Positions 10,501 through 18,763 of a DNA stretch of 64,000 bases are shown here, piece after piece. Positions within the stretch are counted from its first letter, which is position 1, and each line of letters begins with the position of its first letter. Source of the stretch: Gemmatimonadota bacterium. GTDB lineage: Bacteria > Latescibacterota > UBA2968 > UBA8231. A program made the translations under genes and the position numbers. The notes under the pieces are model-generated. The model was not told the origin of the DNA. It saw only the letters and a program-made list of their open reading frames with translations, and did no database searches. The stretch spans positions 874-64,873 of the forward strand of contig JAPPEG010000041.1 in the NCBI GenBank assembly GCA_028875345.1, read 5' to 3'.

Positions 10501-11058
10501 CTCGACGGTGCGCGGCTACGAGTCGGCGGCCTAGTCGAGGAGGTGCGCAAGCTCTTTGATCGCCGAGGCAATCCCTTTGCCTTTGTCACGCTCAAAGACC
10601 TCAATGACACGGGCGACATCGCTTTTTTCGCCGAAGTTTTCGCCCGCCACCAACAGCTACTCGTAGAAGGCGAAACCATCCTCGTAGAGGGCCGCGTTTG
10701 CGAACGCAACGGACGCCTGAGTTTACAGGCCGACAGCGCGCTGCCCCTCAAATCGGCGCGAGCGGAACTGACCGAGTCGGTCACTTTGTCGCTGCCCTAC
10801 CATAAAGTGGGCGACCCCCTGCTCAGGCGGTTGCGCCAACTGTGCGAGCGCTACACGGGCGATTGCGAGTTGTGGCTCCGGCTCCAAAACGGCGGCGAGC
10901 AGGACAAGATGGTGCGCTCAAAGACCATTCGCGTCAATCCCTGCGACGATTTGCTGATCGGTATTGAGGAACAGATCGGCCCCCATTCCATCCGGCTGCA
11001 GCCTAAAAGGCAAATAGCCGTGCCCTCCTCGGCTACTCCAATTAAGTACAGAACGTAA
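7588..11058 (+). CDS. dnaE: DNA polymerase III subunit alpha
   Basis: ~1156 aa. PHP-domain N-terminus FVHLHGHSEYSLLDG with a full-length DnaE-like sequence. GGAGG lies 5 nt upstream of the ATG at 7588. Confidence 0.95.
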   Translation: MASAGFVHLHGHSEYSLLDGACRIGEMAELAAEQGMPALAITDHGNLFGVIEHYKTCQDAGIKPIIGCEVYVAIDSRHSRQAARGLTHASNHLVLLAKDATGYRNLTKLVSKGYLEGYYYNPRIDKELLREHAEGLICMSACIGGEIPHLIQREGLATAEKVAREFMDIFGDDYYLEIQRHDIDPEAKVNDGLLKLHRKLGVPLVATNDFHFLRATDHDAHDALICIQTNKTVDEKNRLCYPDGLYMKSPDEMRTLFADLPDALERTLEIADKCNVELEFGKTYMPDFPIPTGYASSDDYLTQLAQEGLERRYGTVDPAVQERLDYELSVITSQDFSGYFLIVWDLVNYARNQGISVGPGRGSAAGCLASYCLGITNVDPIKYDLIFERFLNPERIEPPDIDVDFDDTRRDEVLRYVVDKYGKDNVSRVITFGTMGAKAVVRDVGRVLGMPFGEVDRIAKQVPTELKITLDKAIERVPELQQLAQMPGNEGKLVEYARKLEGMARHASVHACAVIIAPGELTNYVPLYRAPKDGTITTQFVGETCMDIGLLKMDILGLKELSLVDEAVRLIQLKEPGFNLETIPWDDRATFDLFGRGETIGVFQFESAGMREYLSKLKPDTIEDIIAMNALYRPGPMDNIPTFIARKRGEEAVSYDHPKLESILEPTYGIMVYQEQVMRIAQELAGFTLGQADILRKAMGKKKPEEMAKVKKDFVGGCVANGVEKSLANKLFGEIEIFAGYAFNKSHSVCYAEGAYKNAYLKANYPQEYMAASLTIERSNTDRLTVLLDDCRRMGIPVLPPDVNRSTLNFTPTDEGIRYGLAAIKNAGEGAVQSMVDTRIADGPFTTLFEFCERIDLRAVNRRVVESLIAAGALDSLEGHRAQKMEALELALKAAGKAQEDREKGQISLFDGGDSSELVVQDLPEVEEWAEREKLAKERDLLGLYISSHPLKPYARDLKNFARPLSEIDGQLDGARLRVGGLVEEVRKLFDRRGNPFAFVTLKDLNDTGDIAFFAEVFARHQQLLVEGETILVEGRVCERNGRLSLQADSALPLKSARAELTESVTLSLPYHKVGDPLLRRLRQLCERYTGDCELWLRLQNGGEQDKMVRSKTIRVNPCDDLLIGIEEQIGPHSIRLQPKRQIAVPSSATPIKYRT

Positions 11059-11060
11059 CT

Positions 11061-11618
11061 ATGCGAGCAATGGCGATCAAAGGGCTTGTGAGCGGGTTGG
11101 CACTTCTAATGTTGGGCTGCGGCTCCCCCGAGCCGCAAGGGGACAAGCTCTTTCCCCCGCAGGCTGCTAGGTGGAACGACTATCAAGGACAGAGCGTAGA
11201 TTTGCGCGATTACGAGGGCAAGGTCGTCTTGGTCAACTTCTGGGCGACGTGGTGCGGCCCGTGTCGCTACGAGATCCCAGCCTTAGTCGAGATGGGCAAT
11301 GAGTACGATCCCGAACAAGTGGCGATCATTGGCATTTCCCTAGATCAAGGTCCCCCCGAGCACGTCCTACCCCTGATAGGAGAGTTCGTCGAGCGCTTGG
11401 CCATTAATTACCCGGTGGTTCACGATGGCCAAGCCGAGTTACTCCGCGCTTTCTACAAAGAAAATTTGGCGCAAGTAGGCGTGCCGCTCACCTTTATTTT
11501 TGATCGCCAAGGCCGCGTGTACAAGAGACACCTAGGCGTGCCACGCGACAAAAGTGGTCGGCTCAATCCCCGTGGGGTATTCAGCGAGGATATCGAGACC
11601 TTGTTGGCTCGCTCGTAG
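11061..11618 (+). CDS. TlpA/ResA-like thiol-disulfide oxidoreductase lipoprotein
   Basis: 185 aa. Lipobox LMLGC and thioredoxin motif WATWCGPC. Confidence 0.85.
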   Translation: MRAMAIKGLVSGLALLMLGCGSPEPQGDKLFPPQAARWNDYQGQSVDLRDYEGKVVLVNFWATWCGPCRYEIPALVEMGNEYDPEQVAIIGISLDQGPPEHVLPLIGEFVERLAINYPVVHDGQAELLRAFYKENLAQVGVPLTFIFDRQGRVYKRHLGVPRDKSGRLNPRGVFSEDIETLLARS

Positions 11619-11637
11619 GACGTCGGCATATAGACAG

Positions 11638-11670
11638 AGAAGGGATGGTCCCATGCGGACCATCCCTTCT
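11638..11670. terminator. bidirectional hairpin terminator between convergent genes
   Basis: 14-bp perfect stem AGAAGGGATGGTCC/GGACCATCCCTTCT with a 5-nt loop. T-rich flanks are partly inside the stem. Confidence 0.6.
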
Positions 11671-11696
11671 TTGCATGTTGGTGATTGGGCGTTGTT

Positions 11697-11990
11697 TTAG
11701 TAGTTGGAGTAGTGCTCTGCTAAGACTTCCTCGCCGTGGCGCTGGACCAGCACTTCTTTGAATTTGGCGATGGAGTCGCCAGTGCGCAGGTGCGCCAGCA
11801 TCTCGCTCTTGGACATGACCATCAGCGTGCCATTTTTGTAGTCGGGGAAGCGACAAAAGCTGAACTCAACCGGCTCGCCAGTGACGCAGCAGGTGTCTTC
11901 CATTTCCAACTCGATCTGCGTGCCGGGATCAAACGGAAATTCAGCGTTGTCGTCGTCGCCGTTGGATTGGACTTTTTTCCGCCTTGCCAT
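11697..11990 (-). CDS. hypothetical small acidic protein (97 aa)
   Basis: Internal ATG at 11990 of ORF 11697..12440, preceded by AAGGAG. It fills an otherwise empty gap between the tlpA-like gene and map. The longer ORF-track version overlaps map out of frame. Confidence 0.6.
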   Translation of the reverse strand: MARRKKVQSNGDDDNAEFPFDPGTQIELEMEDTCCVTGEPVEFSFCRFPDYKNGTLMVMSKSEMLAHLRTGDSIAKFKEVLVQRHGEEVLAEHYSNY

Positions 11991-12048
11991 GCTGTTCTCC
12001 TTGTGAGATGAACTTAAAAAGATAAGAAAATGCCGCCGCTGAGCAAGT

Positions 12049-12810
12049 TCAGTACGGCAGATCGGCAAAGCGCGACAGCACGTCCGGCCCGTCGTGGGTG
12101 ACGGCCACGGTGTGTTCGTATTGGGCCGAGAGCTTGCCGTCGGCGGTGACGGCCGTCCAGTCGTCGTCGAGTACGCGCGTGTCGTGTGCGCCTTCGTTGA
12201 CCATCGGCTCAATGGTAAAGACCATGCCGTTTTGCAGGCGGCGACCCGTGCCAGCCTTGCCGTAGTGGAGCAATTGGGGTTCCTCGTGGAAGTTGCGGCC
12301 AATGCCGTGGCCGCAATATGTGCGCACAATGGAAAAGCCGCGCGCTTCGACATAGCTTTGGATGGCGTGGCCAATGTCGCCGAGGCGTCGCCCGGGCGTA
12401 CAGAAGGCCAACCCTTCCTCCAAGCTCTGGCGCGTGGCATCGAGTAGGCGCTGGGCCTTGGAGGTCACGCAGCCGACTTTCATGGTGACGTTCATGTCGC
12501 CGTGAAAGCCATCCTTTTTAACGGCAATGTCAACGGCGAGGATGTCCCCTTCTTGCAGGACGCGGTCTCCGGGAATGCCGTGGACGACTTCGTCATTGAC
12601 CGAGACGCAGATGCTGCGGGGAAAGCCGCGATAGCCCAAGGCGCTGGCGACCGCTCCTTGGCTGCGGATGTAGCGATCCGCTATTTGATCGAGGTGGAGA
12701 GTGGTGACTCCGGGTGCGAGGGCCTCTTCGACGCGGAGCATGGCTTCGGCGGCGATGCGGCAACTAGCGCGGATGCGGTCGATTTCCAAGAGAGATTTGA
12801 GATGTACCAT
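12049..12810 (-). CDS. map: type I methionine aminopeptidase
   Basis: 253 aa. Shows VVHGIPG, a DIAV..DGFHGD pattern, CGHGIG and the full-length MetAP pita-bread fold pattern. Confidence 0.95.
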   Translation of the reverse strand: MVHLKSLLEIDRIRASCRIAAEAMLRVEEALAPGVTTLHLDQIADRYIRSQGAVASALGYRGFPRSICVSVNDEVVHGIPGDRVLQEGDILAVDIAVKKDGFHGDMNVTMKVGCVTSKAQRLLDATRQSLEEGLAFCTPGRRLGDIGHAIQSYVEARGFSIVRTYCGHGIGRNFHEEPQLLHYGKAGTGRRLQNGMVFTIEPMVNEGAHDTRVLDDDWTAVTADGKLSAQYEHTVAVTHDGPDVLSRFADLPY

Positions 12811-12893
12811 ATAGGGATTAAAAATCGGGCATGGAGCGAAAGAATGTCAAGCTCTTATACCTACGACTATGAAAACGTAACCAGCTAGCGACC

Positions 12894-13916
12894 ATGAAAA
12901 CGCCCCGCGTATCTATACTACTGCCCGTGTTCAATGCCGCCGCCACGCTGGCGGAAACTTTGCAGAGCATCCAAGCGCAGAGCTGCGAAGATTTCGAGGT
13001 CGTGGCCATAGATGACGGCTCGGAGGACGACAGCGGGGACATGCTATTGGAATGGAGTCGCCGCGATCGCCGCTTTCGGGCGTTGCTATGCGACCACCAA
13101 GGCATTGTCGAGGCTCCCAACCGAGGCTTGGCCTTGTGTCGGGGCGCGTACGTGGCGCGCATGGACGCCGATGACCGAATGCACCCCGAGCGCTTGGAAA
13201 AACAACTCGCATGGTTGGAAGGGGATCCTGGCCTGAGTGTCGTGAGCTGTTTGGTGGAGATCTTTCCGCGCGAGGAGACTGGGGAGGGGATGTTGGTGTA
13301 CGAGGCTTGGTTGAACGGCTTGGTGGATAGCGCGGCGATTGAACGAGAGTTTTTCGTCGAGAGTCCCATCGCCAATCCATCGGCCATGATGCGCCGCGAG
13401 GAATTGGTGGCCTTAGGAGGCTACCAAGATCGGGGATGGCCGGAAGACTACGATTTGTGGTTGCGCTATCGGGCGGCGGGGCGGCGTTTTGTCAAGGTGC
13501 CGGAGGTCTTGCACTACTGGCGCGAACACACCGATCGAGCGACCCATACCAATAGCCGCTACTCAGTGGAGAATTTTCTCCGCGCCAAGGCGCATTATCT
13601 TTGCGCCGGTCCGCTACAAGAGCGGGATGGGCTAGCCGTCTGGGGTGCGGGCAAGACCGGCCGCCGGGTCGCCAAGCACCTGGAGCGCGAAGGCCGCGCT
13701 CCCGATGTATTTATCGATATCGCGCCCAAGAAAATCGGCGGCACCTTGCGGCGCAGGCCCGTGATCGGACCGGACGATTTGCCGACGTGGTGGACGCGCC
13801 ACGGGCGACCGATCCTCTTGGCGGCTGTGGCATCGCGGGGGGCGCGGGCACTGATTCGGGAGGCGTTGGATGAATTGGGATTGGTAGAGGGGAGAGATTT
13901 TTTATGTGTAGCTTAA
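12894..13916 (+). CDS. family 2 glycosyltransferase with C-terminal Rossmann-like extension
   Basis: 340 aa. SILLPVFNAA...VVAIDDGSEDDS and a MDADD motif. The C-terminal ~100 aa carry WGAGKTGRRV. Confidence 0.85.
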   Translation: MKTPRVSILLPVFNAAATLAETLQSIQAQSCEDFEVVAIDDGSEDDSGDMLLEWSRRDRRFRALLCDHQGIVEAPNRGLALCRGAYVARMDADDRMHPERLEKQLAWLEGDPGLSVVSCLVEIFPREETGEGMLVYEAWLNGLVDSAAIEREFFVESPIANPSAMMRREELVALGGYQDRGWPEDYDLWLRYRAAGRRFVKVPEVLHYWREHTDRATHTNSRYSVENFLRAKAHYLCAGPLQERDGLAVWGAGKTGRRVAKHLEREGRAPDVFIDIAPKKIGGTLRRRPVIGPDDLPTWWTRHGRPILLAAVASRGARALIREALDELGLVEGRDFLCVA

Positions 13917-13932
13917 CGAGAAAGGAAGTAAT

Positions 13933-14742
13933 ATGACGGTGCAATACGCGCTCAACACATCGACAATTCGCCCGGCGTCCCTGATGGAGAAAATCCGCAT
14001 TGCCGGGCAGACTGGCTATCAGGGCATTGAGCTGTGGAACGACGACTTGACCGCGCACGAGCAGCGGGGCGGTTCGCTCGCGGATGTGCGGCAGGCACTG
14101 GCCGACTACGGGTTGGCAGTGCCGACGGTCATTGCACTCCACGGCTGGTTGGGGGCTGAGGGCGCGGTGCGGGTGCAGGCCTTGGAGGAAGTGCGGCGGC
14201 GGATGGCGCAGGCGGTAGCGGTGGGAGCCGAGTTTATCGTCGCCAGCCCGCCGAGGGACCCCTGCGATCTGAGCCGGGGCGGGGCCGATTACCGAGAATT
14301 GCTGGAGATCGGCAGAGAAATTGGCGTGCGACCGGCGATGGAGTACTTAGGCTTTGTGCAAAGCGTGTACACCATTGACCAAGCTTGGCAGATTGCCATC
14401 GACGCCGACCATTTAGATGCCAGTTTGATCATGGACCCGTTCCACATTCTACGCGGCGGCGGCCCCATTGCGAGTATCGCCAAGGTACCTAGCGACAAGG
14501 TCGCGGTCTGGCACTGGAACGATGCCCCTGGCGACAAGCCCTTTGCCGAACAAAGCGACGCCGACCGGGTGATGCCGGGAGACGGGGTAGGGCCATTGCG
14601 CGAGATCGAGCGGCTGGCGCAAGCGCAGGGATACGAAGGGTCTGTGTCGTTGGAGTTGTTTAATCCGGGGCTATGGGAGCAAAATCCGGCGGAAGTCGCC
14701 CGGATTGGTCTGGAGAAGATGAAGGCGTATTTCGCTGGCTAA
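13933..14742 (+). CDS. sugar phosphate isomerase/epimerase (xylose isomerase-like TIM barrel)
   Basis: 269 aa with the family-typical pattern (GYQGIELW..., ...DPFH..., WHWND). Confidence 0.8.
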   Translation: MTVQYALNTSTIRPASLMEKIRIAGQTGYQGIELWNDDLTAHEQRGGSLADVRQALADYGLAVPTVIALHGWLGAEGAVRVQALEEVRRRMAQAVAVGAEFIVASPPRDPCDLSRGGADYRELLEIGREIGVRPAMEYLGFVQSVYTIDQAWQIAIDADHLDASLIMDPFHILRGGGPIASIAKVPSDKVAVWHWNDAPGDKPFAEQSDADRVMPGDGVGPLREIERLAQAQGYEGSVSLELFNPGLWEQNPAEVARIGLEKMKAYFAG

Positions 14743-14759
14743 ACGCAGCTCGCCCCGCG

Positions 14760-15263
14760 TTAAAGCCCTAAAATCTCGCGCGTTCTTCGCGGCAGCGCGC
14801 GCCAATTGGCGATTAGATAGCGGTTGCCATCGACATCCTCAATGACGGCCCGGCTGCCGGAGAGCATGCGCACATTGGTGCGATAGCCGCGGATTTCGAG
14901 TTGACGGGGGCCGCTGGTGGTTTCGATCTGACCGCGCAGCACCCCGAATTCCTCATCGAGGCTATTGAAAGCGAGGACCTGCGGTTGAAAGTATATCTTG
15001 TCGAGTTCGTCTCGTAGTGCTTGGCGGCTTTGGTCGTCGAGCTGCTGCGGGTCTTCGATTATGCCGAGTTCTTGATCTTCAGCGGCAAAGACGCCGATGT
15101 AGCGGTCGGATTCTTCTAGTGGGAAGGCGCGACGGACCTTAAGGTCGGTGTACTCCTCGCCATCGAGCTCGAGGAGCAAACTGCCGCGCTCGGAGCGGCT
15201 GAAGCGCACCTTTTGCGGGTCGAGCAGAACATCCTCGTACGAATAACTGGGTGTCTCGCTCAT
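14760..15263 (-). CDS. DUF1854-like protein coupled to the upstream ABC exporter
   Basis: 167 aa, with a 4-nt overlap with the ABC gene. Sequence pattern (RRAFPL..., ...VIEDVDGNRYLI...) is as remembered for DUF1854, from memory only. Confidence 0.65.
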   Translation of the reverse strand: MSETPSYSYEDVLLDPQKVRFSRSERGSLLLELDGEEYTDLKVRRAFPLEESDRYIGVFAAEDQELGIIEDPQQLDDQSRQALRDELDKIYFQPQVLAFNSLDEEFGVLRGQIETTSGPRQLEIRGYRTNVRMLSGSRAVIEDVDGNRYLIANWRALPRRTREILGL

Positions 15264-17551
15264 AGCGCCCGCACTTTCGCCATTTCGGTTTGCATATTGA
15301 CTAGTCGGCGATAGACGCCGTCCTCTTTATTGAGCAACTCTTCGTGGGTGCCGACCTCGGCGACGCGCCCTCTTTCCAACACCAGCAGGCGGTCGGCGTT
15401 TTTGAGGGTCGAGAGTCGGTGGGCGATGGCAAAGGTCGTGCGGCCAGCTACTAACCGTTCGAGCGCCTCTTGGATTTCGTATTCGGTCTGGGTATCGACC
15501 GAGGCAGTGGCTTCGTCGAGGATCAGGATGCGCGGGTTGCCGATCAGGGCACGGGCAATGGAGATGCGCTGGCGCTCGCCGCCGGAGAGCCGACCGCCGC
15601 GTTCGCCGACTTGGGTGTCGTAGCCATCGGGAAAATTCATGATAAACTTGTGGGCGTTGGCCGTACGAGCTGCCTCGATGACCTCTTGGCGCGTGGCGTT
15701 GGGGTGGCCGTAGGCGATATTGCTGGCGATAGAGCCTTGGAAGAGCAGCGGCTCTTGCAAGACCACGCCGATTTGGCTGCGCAGCGCCTGTTGTTTGAGT
15801 CGGGTAATGGGCTGGCTGTCGATGAGGACGTGACCGTCGGTGGCGTCGTAGAACCGCGAGATGAGGTTGACCAACGTTGACTTGCCAGCGCCGCTGGGAC
15901 CAACGATGCCAATCATCTCGCCGGGTTTGGCCTTAAAGTGGATGTGGTCGAGAATGCGCGCCGAGCCGTCGTAGGTGAAGCTGACGTTGCGGAATTCTAC
16001 TGAGCCTTCAAGCACGCCGGGATCTATAGCGTCGGGATCGTCTTGGACTTCGGGATCGGTGTCGATGATCTCAAAGACGCGCTCGGCCGTTGTCGCTGCG
16101 GTCTCTAGCTGCTCGGTGAGGTTGCATAGCGAGCGCACCGGCGCGTAGAACATCACCATATAGGCGATAAATGCTTGGAGATCGCCGAGGGTCAGGGTGT
16201 TGGAGAGCACTCGAGTGCCACCAAACCACCACAGGATGATCGAGCCGACCGAGGTGGTAAAGGAGATCGTCGGAATGTAATAGGACCGCATCTTGAAGGC
16301 GATCATCTGAGATTCGCGCAGATCGACGTTGCGCTCGCTGAAACGGTCGAACTCGCGGTTTTCTTGGGCAAAAGCCTTTACTACCTTGACGCCGGGTATG
16401 GTGTCGGCGAGCATGGCGTTGAGGGTGGCAATGCGGCGCCATATTCGGTGGAAAATCCAGTGGATGCGATTGCGGTAGATAATGGTGCCGATGATCATGA
16501 AGGGGATTGGGATCAGCGACAAAAGCGCCAATTTCCAATTCATTACAAATAGCATCGCACAAATGCCGATGATGGTCAGCCCGTCAATGACGATGTCTTG
16601 AAATCCCGAGGTGATAAAACTGCGCATGCGCTCGGTGTCGCTGGTGACGCGGGTCATAATTCGACCGGTGCTGAGCGTGTTGTAAAACGTCAGCGACAGC
16701 AGTTGCAAATGTTGGAAAATTTGCAACTGCAAATCGTACACAACGCGCTGGCCGAGCCACCCCAAGGCGTACATCCGCACGCCGCTGATGATGCCGCGGC
16801 CGATAAAGACGCCGAGCAGGCCGAGTACGACCGACAGCAGGAGTTGGACGCTCGCGGTGGCGGGCGTGGTCGCCTCGCCCGGGACGAGGCCCGCGGCTTC
16901 GTATTTGACGAGGTCCGGGACGATGACATCGTCAATGAGGATGCGGTTGAGTTGGGGCGGCAGCAGGCCGATGACCGTCAGCACAATCGTCAGCGTAAAC
17001 CCGATCAGTGCTTGGGTTTTATAGGGCTTGATATAGGAAAACAACCGCCAGAAGGTCTCGGTCTGGCGCAGGCAGTTGGGGCAGATTTTGGAGCCAGAGC
17101 GGAGGGCGAGTCCGCAAGTGGGGCAGTGTTCTACTACTTTGACTGGATCGATGTGCAGTGCCCCGTCCTCGTCGTCATCTTCTTCATCGACTAGGCCGGC
17201 GCCCTCAATGGCTTGGGGCACGCCAGAGAATTTGTAATACGCACTCTGCGAAAAGCGCAGCAGCTCGACGGTTTCATCCTCTAGCTCGACGACGAGGGCA
17301 CCGCTACCCACGTAGTTGCGGGTCTGGATGCCTTGCACTTCGTCCAAGCCGAGGCGCACGGTCTCGGGCTTATCTGTGCCATTGGGGTGAAAGACGAGCA
17401 TCCGCTCGTCGGTGAGGGCAAACCAAGAGTCGCCGTACTGCCCGTCGGGGCGAATGTCGGCGGCGAGGAGGACGATGAGTAACTCGCCGGGTTGCAATTC
17501 GCTACGGATGTGGGGCAATAGGCGTTCGGGTATAGGTTCGACTAGATCCAA
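15260..17551 (-). CDS. ABC exporter (fused TMD-NBD, MsbA-like) with N-terminal PH-like domain and zinc ribbon
   Basis: 763 aa. Walker A GPSGAGKST, signature LSGGERQR and Walker B ILILDEA. The ~170-aa N-terminal extension carries CPTCG...CPNC. Confidence 0.9.
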   Translation of the reverse strand: MDLVEPIPERLLPHIRSELQPGELLIVLLAADIRPDGQYGDSWFALTDERMLVFHPNGTDKPETVRLGLDEVQGIQTRNYVGSGALVVELEDETVELLRFSQSAYYKFSGVPQAIEGAGLVDEEDDDEDGALHIDPVKVVEHCPTCGLALRSGSKICPNCLRQTETFWRLFSYIKPYKTQALIGFTLTIVLTVIGLLPPQLNRILIDDVIVPDLVKYEAAGLVPGEATTPATASVQLLLSVVLGLLGVFIGRGIISGVRMYALGWLGQRVVYDLQLQIFQHLQLLSLTFYNTLSTGRIMTRVTSDTERMRSFITSGFQDIVIDGLTIIGICAMLFVMNWKLALLSLIPIPFMIIGTIIYRNRIHWIFHRIWRRIATLNAMLADTIPGVKVVKAFAQENREFDRFSERNVDLRESQMIAFKMRSYYIPTISFTTSVGSIILWWFGGTRVLSNTLTLGDLQAFIAYMVMFYAPVRSLCNLTEQLETAATTAERVFEIIDTDPEVQDDPDAIDPGVLEGSVEFRNVSFTYDGSARILDHIHFKAKPGEMIGIVGPSGAGKSTLVNLISRFYDATDGHVLIDSQPITRLKQQALRSQIGVVLQEPLLFQGSIASNIAYGHPNATRQEVIEAARTANAHKFIMNFPDGYDTQVGERGGRLSGGERQRISIARALIGNPRILILDEATASVDTQTEYEIQEALERLVAGRTTFAIAHRLSTLKNADRLLVLERGRVAEVGTHEELLNKEDGVYRRLVNMQTEMAKVRAL

Positions 17552-17755
17552 AACGGCCCTATATATTGGCTAAACAGCGATTTGTATTGGGGAGGAGTGA
17601 GGCTCCAAGGAAGGGCAGAAAGTTGTGTGGGTCTCACTATGTAAAAGTTAAGGGATTTTAGCAAAAGGGCAAACGCGGTGTGCCCGAAGTGAATGATGAG
17701 TTTGCCCGGTAGTTGTTTAATGATTGTATTGAAAGCAAACAAAAAGAGAGAGGCT

Positions 17756-18760
17756 ATGATTATTAGCCGAGAGGAACTGAAAGAGCGGTTGGCTGCCTTG
17801 CCGCGATTGCAGCTAGCGTCCTTGCCCACGCCCTTGGAGGAGCTAAAGCGCCTCAGCGCCCACCTAGCCGGCCCGCAGATTTGGGTCAAGCGCGACGATT
17901 TAACCGGCTTGGCTTTTGGCGGCAACAAGATCCGCGAATTTGAATACCAGATCGCCCAAGCCGTAGAGCAGGGCTGCGACGTGCTGGTACACTCGGCCGC
18001 TGCCCAGTCGAATCAATCGCGGCAGACGGCTGCGGTGGCTGCAAAATTGGGGCTGTCTGCAGTAGTAGTCGGTCGAGACGACGCGCACGCGCAGACGCAG
18101 GGGAACCTGCTGTTGACCCACCTCTTTGGCGCGGAGGTGGACCTGCCCGCGCCCGAGGAGCAGGCGCGGGCCGTGGCTGCGAAGATGGCCGCGCTGACCG
18201 CGGCTGGGCACCGCCCCTTCCACACCAGCTCGGATGCGCGCATCTTCCGCAGTGTAGCGTACGTCGATGGAGCGTTAGAACTTTTGGCCCAATGCGAAGA
18301 ACAGGGTGTTAAGCCAGCGGCGATTTACCTGTGCTCGGGGGCGCATACCCATGTGGGACTAGTGGTAGCGTTCAAGTCACTGGGCATCGATATGCGGGTA
18401 GTGGGCATCAGCCCCTCGCCGCGCGATGATCGCGAAGCCGCCGAGGGGCACCTTGCCTTAGCGCGTGAGTGTGCTGCGGTCTTGGGCTTGGACCTCTCGC
18501 TGAAGGCGGAGGATTTCGAGAGCTACGCCGCGTTTGTCGGCCCGGACTACGGCGTGGTCACGCCAGAAAGTTGCGAGGCCCTGCACTTGGTGGCGCAGCA
18601 GGAAGGGCTGTTGCTCGATCCGTCCTATACCAGCAAGGCCATGGCCGGGCTTTTGGCGCACGTGCGCGCCGGTTGGTGGCGTCCCGAGCAGAGCCTTATC
18701 TTTCTTCATACCGGCGGCACACCCGCGCTTTTTGCGTACGCCAAAGACTTGGGCTACTAA
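17756..18760 (+). CDS. PLP-dependent D-cysteine desulfhydrase / ACC deaminase family enzyme
   Basis: Carries TPLEEL...KRDDLTGLAFGGNKIREFEY (PLP-lysine motif). The ATG at 17756 follows a purine-rich RBS; the ORF-track start at 17693 is less likely. Confidence 0.85.
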   Translation: MIISREELKERLAALPRLQLASLPTPLEELKRLSAHLAGPQIWVKRDDLTGLAFGGNKIREFEYQIAQAVEQGCDVLVHSAAAQSNQSRQTAAVAAKLGLSAVVVGRDDAHAQTQGNLLLTHLFGAEVDLPAPEEQARAVAAKMAALTAAGHRPFHTSSDARIFRSVAYVDGALELLAQCEEQGVKPAAIYLCSGAHTHVGLVVAFKSLGIDMRVVGISPSPRDDREAAEGHLALARECAAVLGLDLSLKAEDFESYAAFVGPDYGVVTPESCEALHLVAQQEGLLLDPSYTSKAMAGLLAHVRAGWWRPEQSLIFLHTGGTPALFAYAKDLGY

Positions 18761-18763
18761 CTA

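Noticed and set aside
11991-12440. N-terminal 150-aa extension of ORF 11697..12440 (-).
   Set aside because: The extension overlaps map (12049..12810) out of frame and is Arg/Ala/Pro/Ser/Thr-rich. An internal ATG with an AAGGAG RBS at 11990 gives a compact 97-aa gene in the real intergenic gap.
17552-17755. Possible riboswitch or sRNA in the 205-nt region upstream of the PLP-enzyme gene (hairpin GGGCAAAC-N26-GTTTGCCC).
   Set aside because: I recognised no known riboswitch consensus. The region also has to house divergent promoters for the ABC operon and the PLP-enzyme cluster. The evidence is too weak to call.
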